A stretch of 61,372 nucleotides of DNA, filler included. It is 4 parts of 4 records of this genome, joined end to end, with 100 filler letters (N's around TTAATTAATTAA, not from the genome) between each part and the next. Parts side by side here need not be neighbours in the genome. Positions count along the whole stretch, not along the records: positions 52,234 to 61,372 come from DRR723986_11723; 3 more parts are not named here. The stretch is one strand, 5' to 3'. The translations under genes were made by a program, and so were the position numbers. The notes below the pieces were generated by a model. The model worked only from the letters and a program-made list of their open reading frames with translations. It made no database searches and had not been told where the DNA came from. Position 1 is the first letter of the stretch; each line of letters begins with the position of its first letter. Below, in pieces: positions 59,667 through 61,372 of the stretch.

Positions 59667-59765
59667 AATTATAGCAATTGCTATAATTTCTAGCGGAGCG
59701 ACTTTTAACACTGAGGGGCTATGCTCCACACCCGGAAAAATCAGCTGATATAGCAATTGCTATAT
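59667..59765. promoter_or_regulatory. Pair of perfect palindromes with shared core TATAGCAATTGCTATA
   Basis: 22-bp AATTATAGCAATTGCTATAATT (59667-59688) and 18-bp ATATAGCAATTGCTATAT (59748-59765). Confidence 0.7.
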
Positions 59766-61252
59766 TCACAACGTTTTGCCCTTGGCAGCGTGAAACGTTA
59801 GCGAACGTTATGAGACATCGTCGCCTGTGAATCTGGTAATTCCAAAATTTCGGTGCAGGCAACACATCGCAGATGACTATCTATATTCGCCAGACCATGG
59901 ACGTTCAAAAGAAAGCCCTATCACAGAGCCTCCGCTTGGTTTCCGGCGAACATTCTCAGTACCAGAACGTCGCGCCACCCAATGCAAGAAAAAAGAGAGC
60001 AGAAAACACCTCAAGCTGAACAAGGCATCGGACGAAAAGCTGGTCCTTGGCATAACGAGCATCGGCTCGCGCGGACTGTCTCGATATTCTCTTTTCTTGA
60101 AGCGGGTCAGGACAAAAATGGAGCGGGCAGGGAGGTGACACTGAACGATGAAAGTAACGTGACCTCTGGCTGGAGACACAAGCTTACGCTTCTCACAATG
60201 CGTCCAATCGAAACGTCCGGAACATCTGCAACTCCAGCACCAACCCGTCTACCGCTCCATCCACCAATGAGTGCTCCGCAACACCTTCCATAAACCACGT
60301 GGCAATAAAGAGCTCAATCATTCGGCAGCTTCAATTCAAGGCTGAACGACGAACAGCCTGTATGGCAGCAACCGGACTCCTGACCGGAGCTCATTAGACC
60401 AACGAAAATTACGCAACGCTTCAAGAAAACTTCCTCAATCGAGGGAGCGCATCGCATCTGGGGGGCTATGACTATTGAACGAACCCCATCGCGCTAAAGG
60501 CCATTTCACACAACTAGCAAATCCCAAAAAGCAATCAATTAGCCGAGCCTGTCCGCGAGCTCCCCGGCATCTCACAACTAAGTATTTTCAGACCGGAAAC
60601 CAATGAACCGGCAACACAAGCATGGACCAAGCCGACAGCTCCCTTGTTGGCTCTATATAGCTCAACCCGTGTTGGTGAAACCCACTGTGGCTATGCGACC
60701 AAACTTTAGTTTCCTGTTTGCTTCCCCAATCAGCCGTCACCTATCCGAACGAAATCTTGAAGAGAATGAACCAACTCAAGAGAGGAGCAAGTGGTCACGT
60801 ATTTAGGAGCTACCAGATACATGTCCTGCAAACGCTAGCTGCTGAAATTGCGCAGCCGGCCTGACAGGAACAGGACGACCTGTTTTCAGAAAGATGATTG
60901 CAGACTTGATAGCATCGACCTGACCAGCCGGCACTGCGAACAGAATTCAAACGACAACCATGAGAGGCATTACGTGCAATGGCGCACACCAATCATTACG
61001 CTCAATGATCATGCCTCGCTAAACAACATTGGAAAATTGCGCGCCAGTCCGGCGCAATGTAAAACGCCAGCCTCAGGAACGACCTCGCAGCAAACAGAGC
61101 CTGCCGAAGTCTGCACAACACGAAATGGATGCACCTTGGCCATGACAACAACCTCTCGTCGCTTGTATGCCGCAAGGGAATATGAGAGGTTATTAACTGT
61201 TTTTTAAGGAGTTCAACTCGACTGATGGATCAGCTAATGATTGAGGAGAAAT

Positions 61253-61288
61253 GATCCGGACGGGCCACTTTCAAGACCTGCCCGGATC
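61253..61288 (-). terminator. Hairpin, probable terminator of a minus-strand gene beyond the window edge
   Basis: Minus strand GATCCGGGCAGGTC-8 nt-GGCCCGTCCGGATC-ATTT. Confidence 0.5.
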
Positions 61289-61372
61289 TCCCTCATGAGC
61301 TTCCCTCGCGTTGAACATCACCCCAACAATCTGGCCGACCGCCGTCTGCTGCGCCCGGCATCGCTGTAATAG

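Overview
This window is not one locus. It is four unrelated contigs joined by artificial N44-TTAATTAATTAA-N44 linkers (23795-23894, 44318-44417, 52134-52233). Taxonomy below is inferred from gene content and protein style. Contig 1 (1-23794) looks planctomycete: guaA, an orphan Dnmt2-like C5 methyltransferase, a PaaK-like ligase, a YTV-type 16-residue-repeat protein, a DUF1080-PhoD fusion, CheX/CheY, MATE, VWA, MocA/XdhC and FKBP. Contig 2 (23895-44317) looks like Microbacteriaceae core genome: gatD-murT-rpoD, PAC2, pepA-lpdA-sucB, glnA/glnE/glnA2, nadE, panB, map, ppgK. Contig 3 (44418-52133) looks betaproteobacterial: greB, REC-EAL, cheR-cheD-cheB and a two-component pair. Contig 4 (52234-61372) looks alphaproteobacterial: entE-entB-entA plus an O-methyltransferase, a TonB-dependent receptor, IclR and a 2 kb gene-poor tail. 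The strongest leads are: (i) a MurT-GatD pair that seems to have lost its glutaminase residues, a candidate for the group-B peptidoglycan bridge ligase; (ii) a bacterial Dnmt2-like tRNA methyltransferase; (iii) a catecholate siderophore operon with its own O-methyltransferase; (iv) twin perfect palindromes in an unexplained intergenic region; (v) a ppgK with no canonical start codon upstream of its catalytic motif. No rRNA, tRNA, CRISPR array or transposase was recognised.
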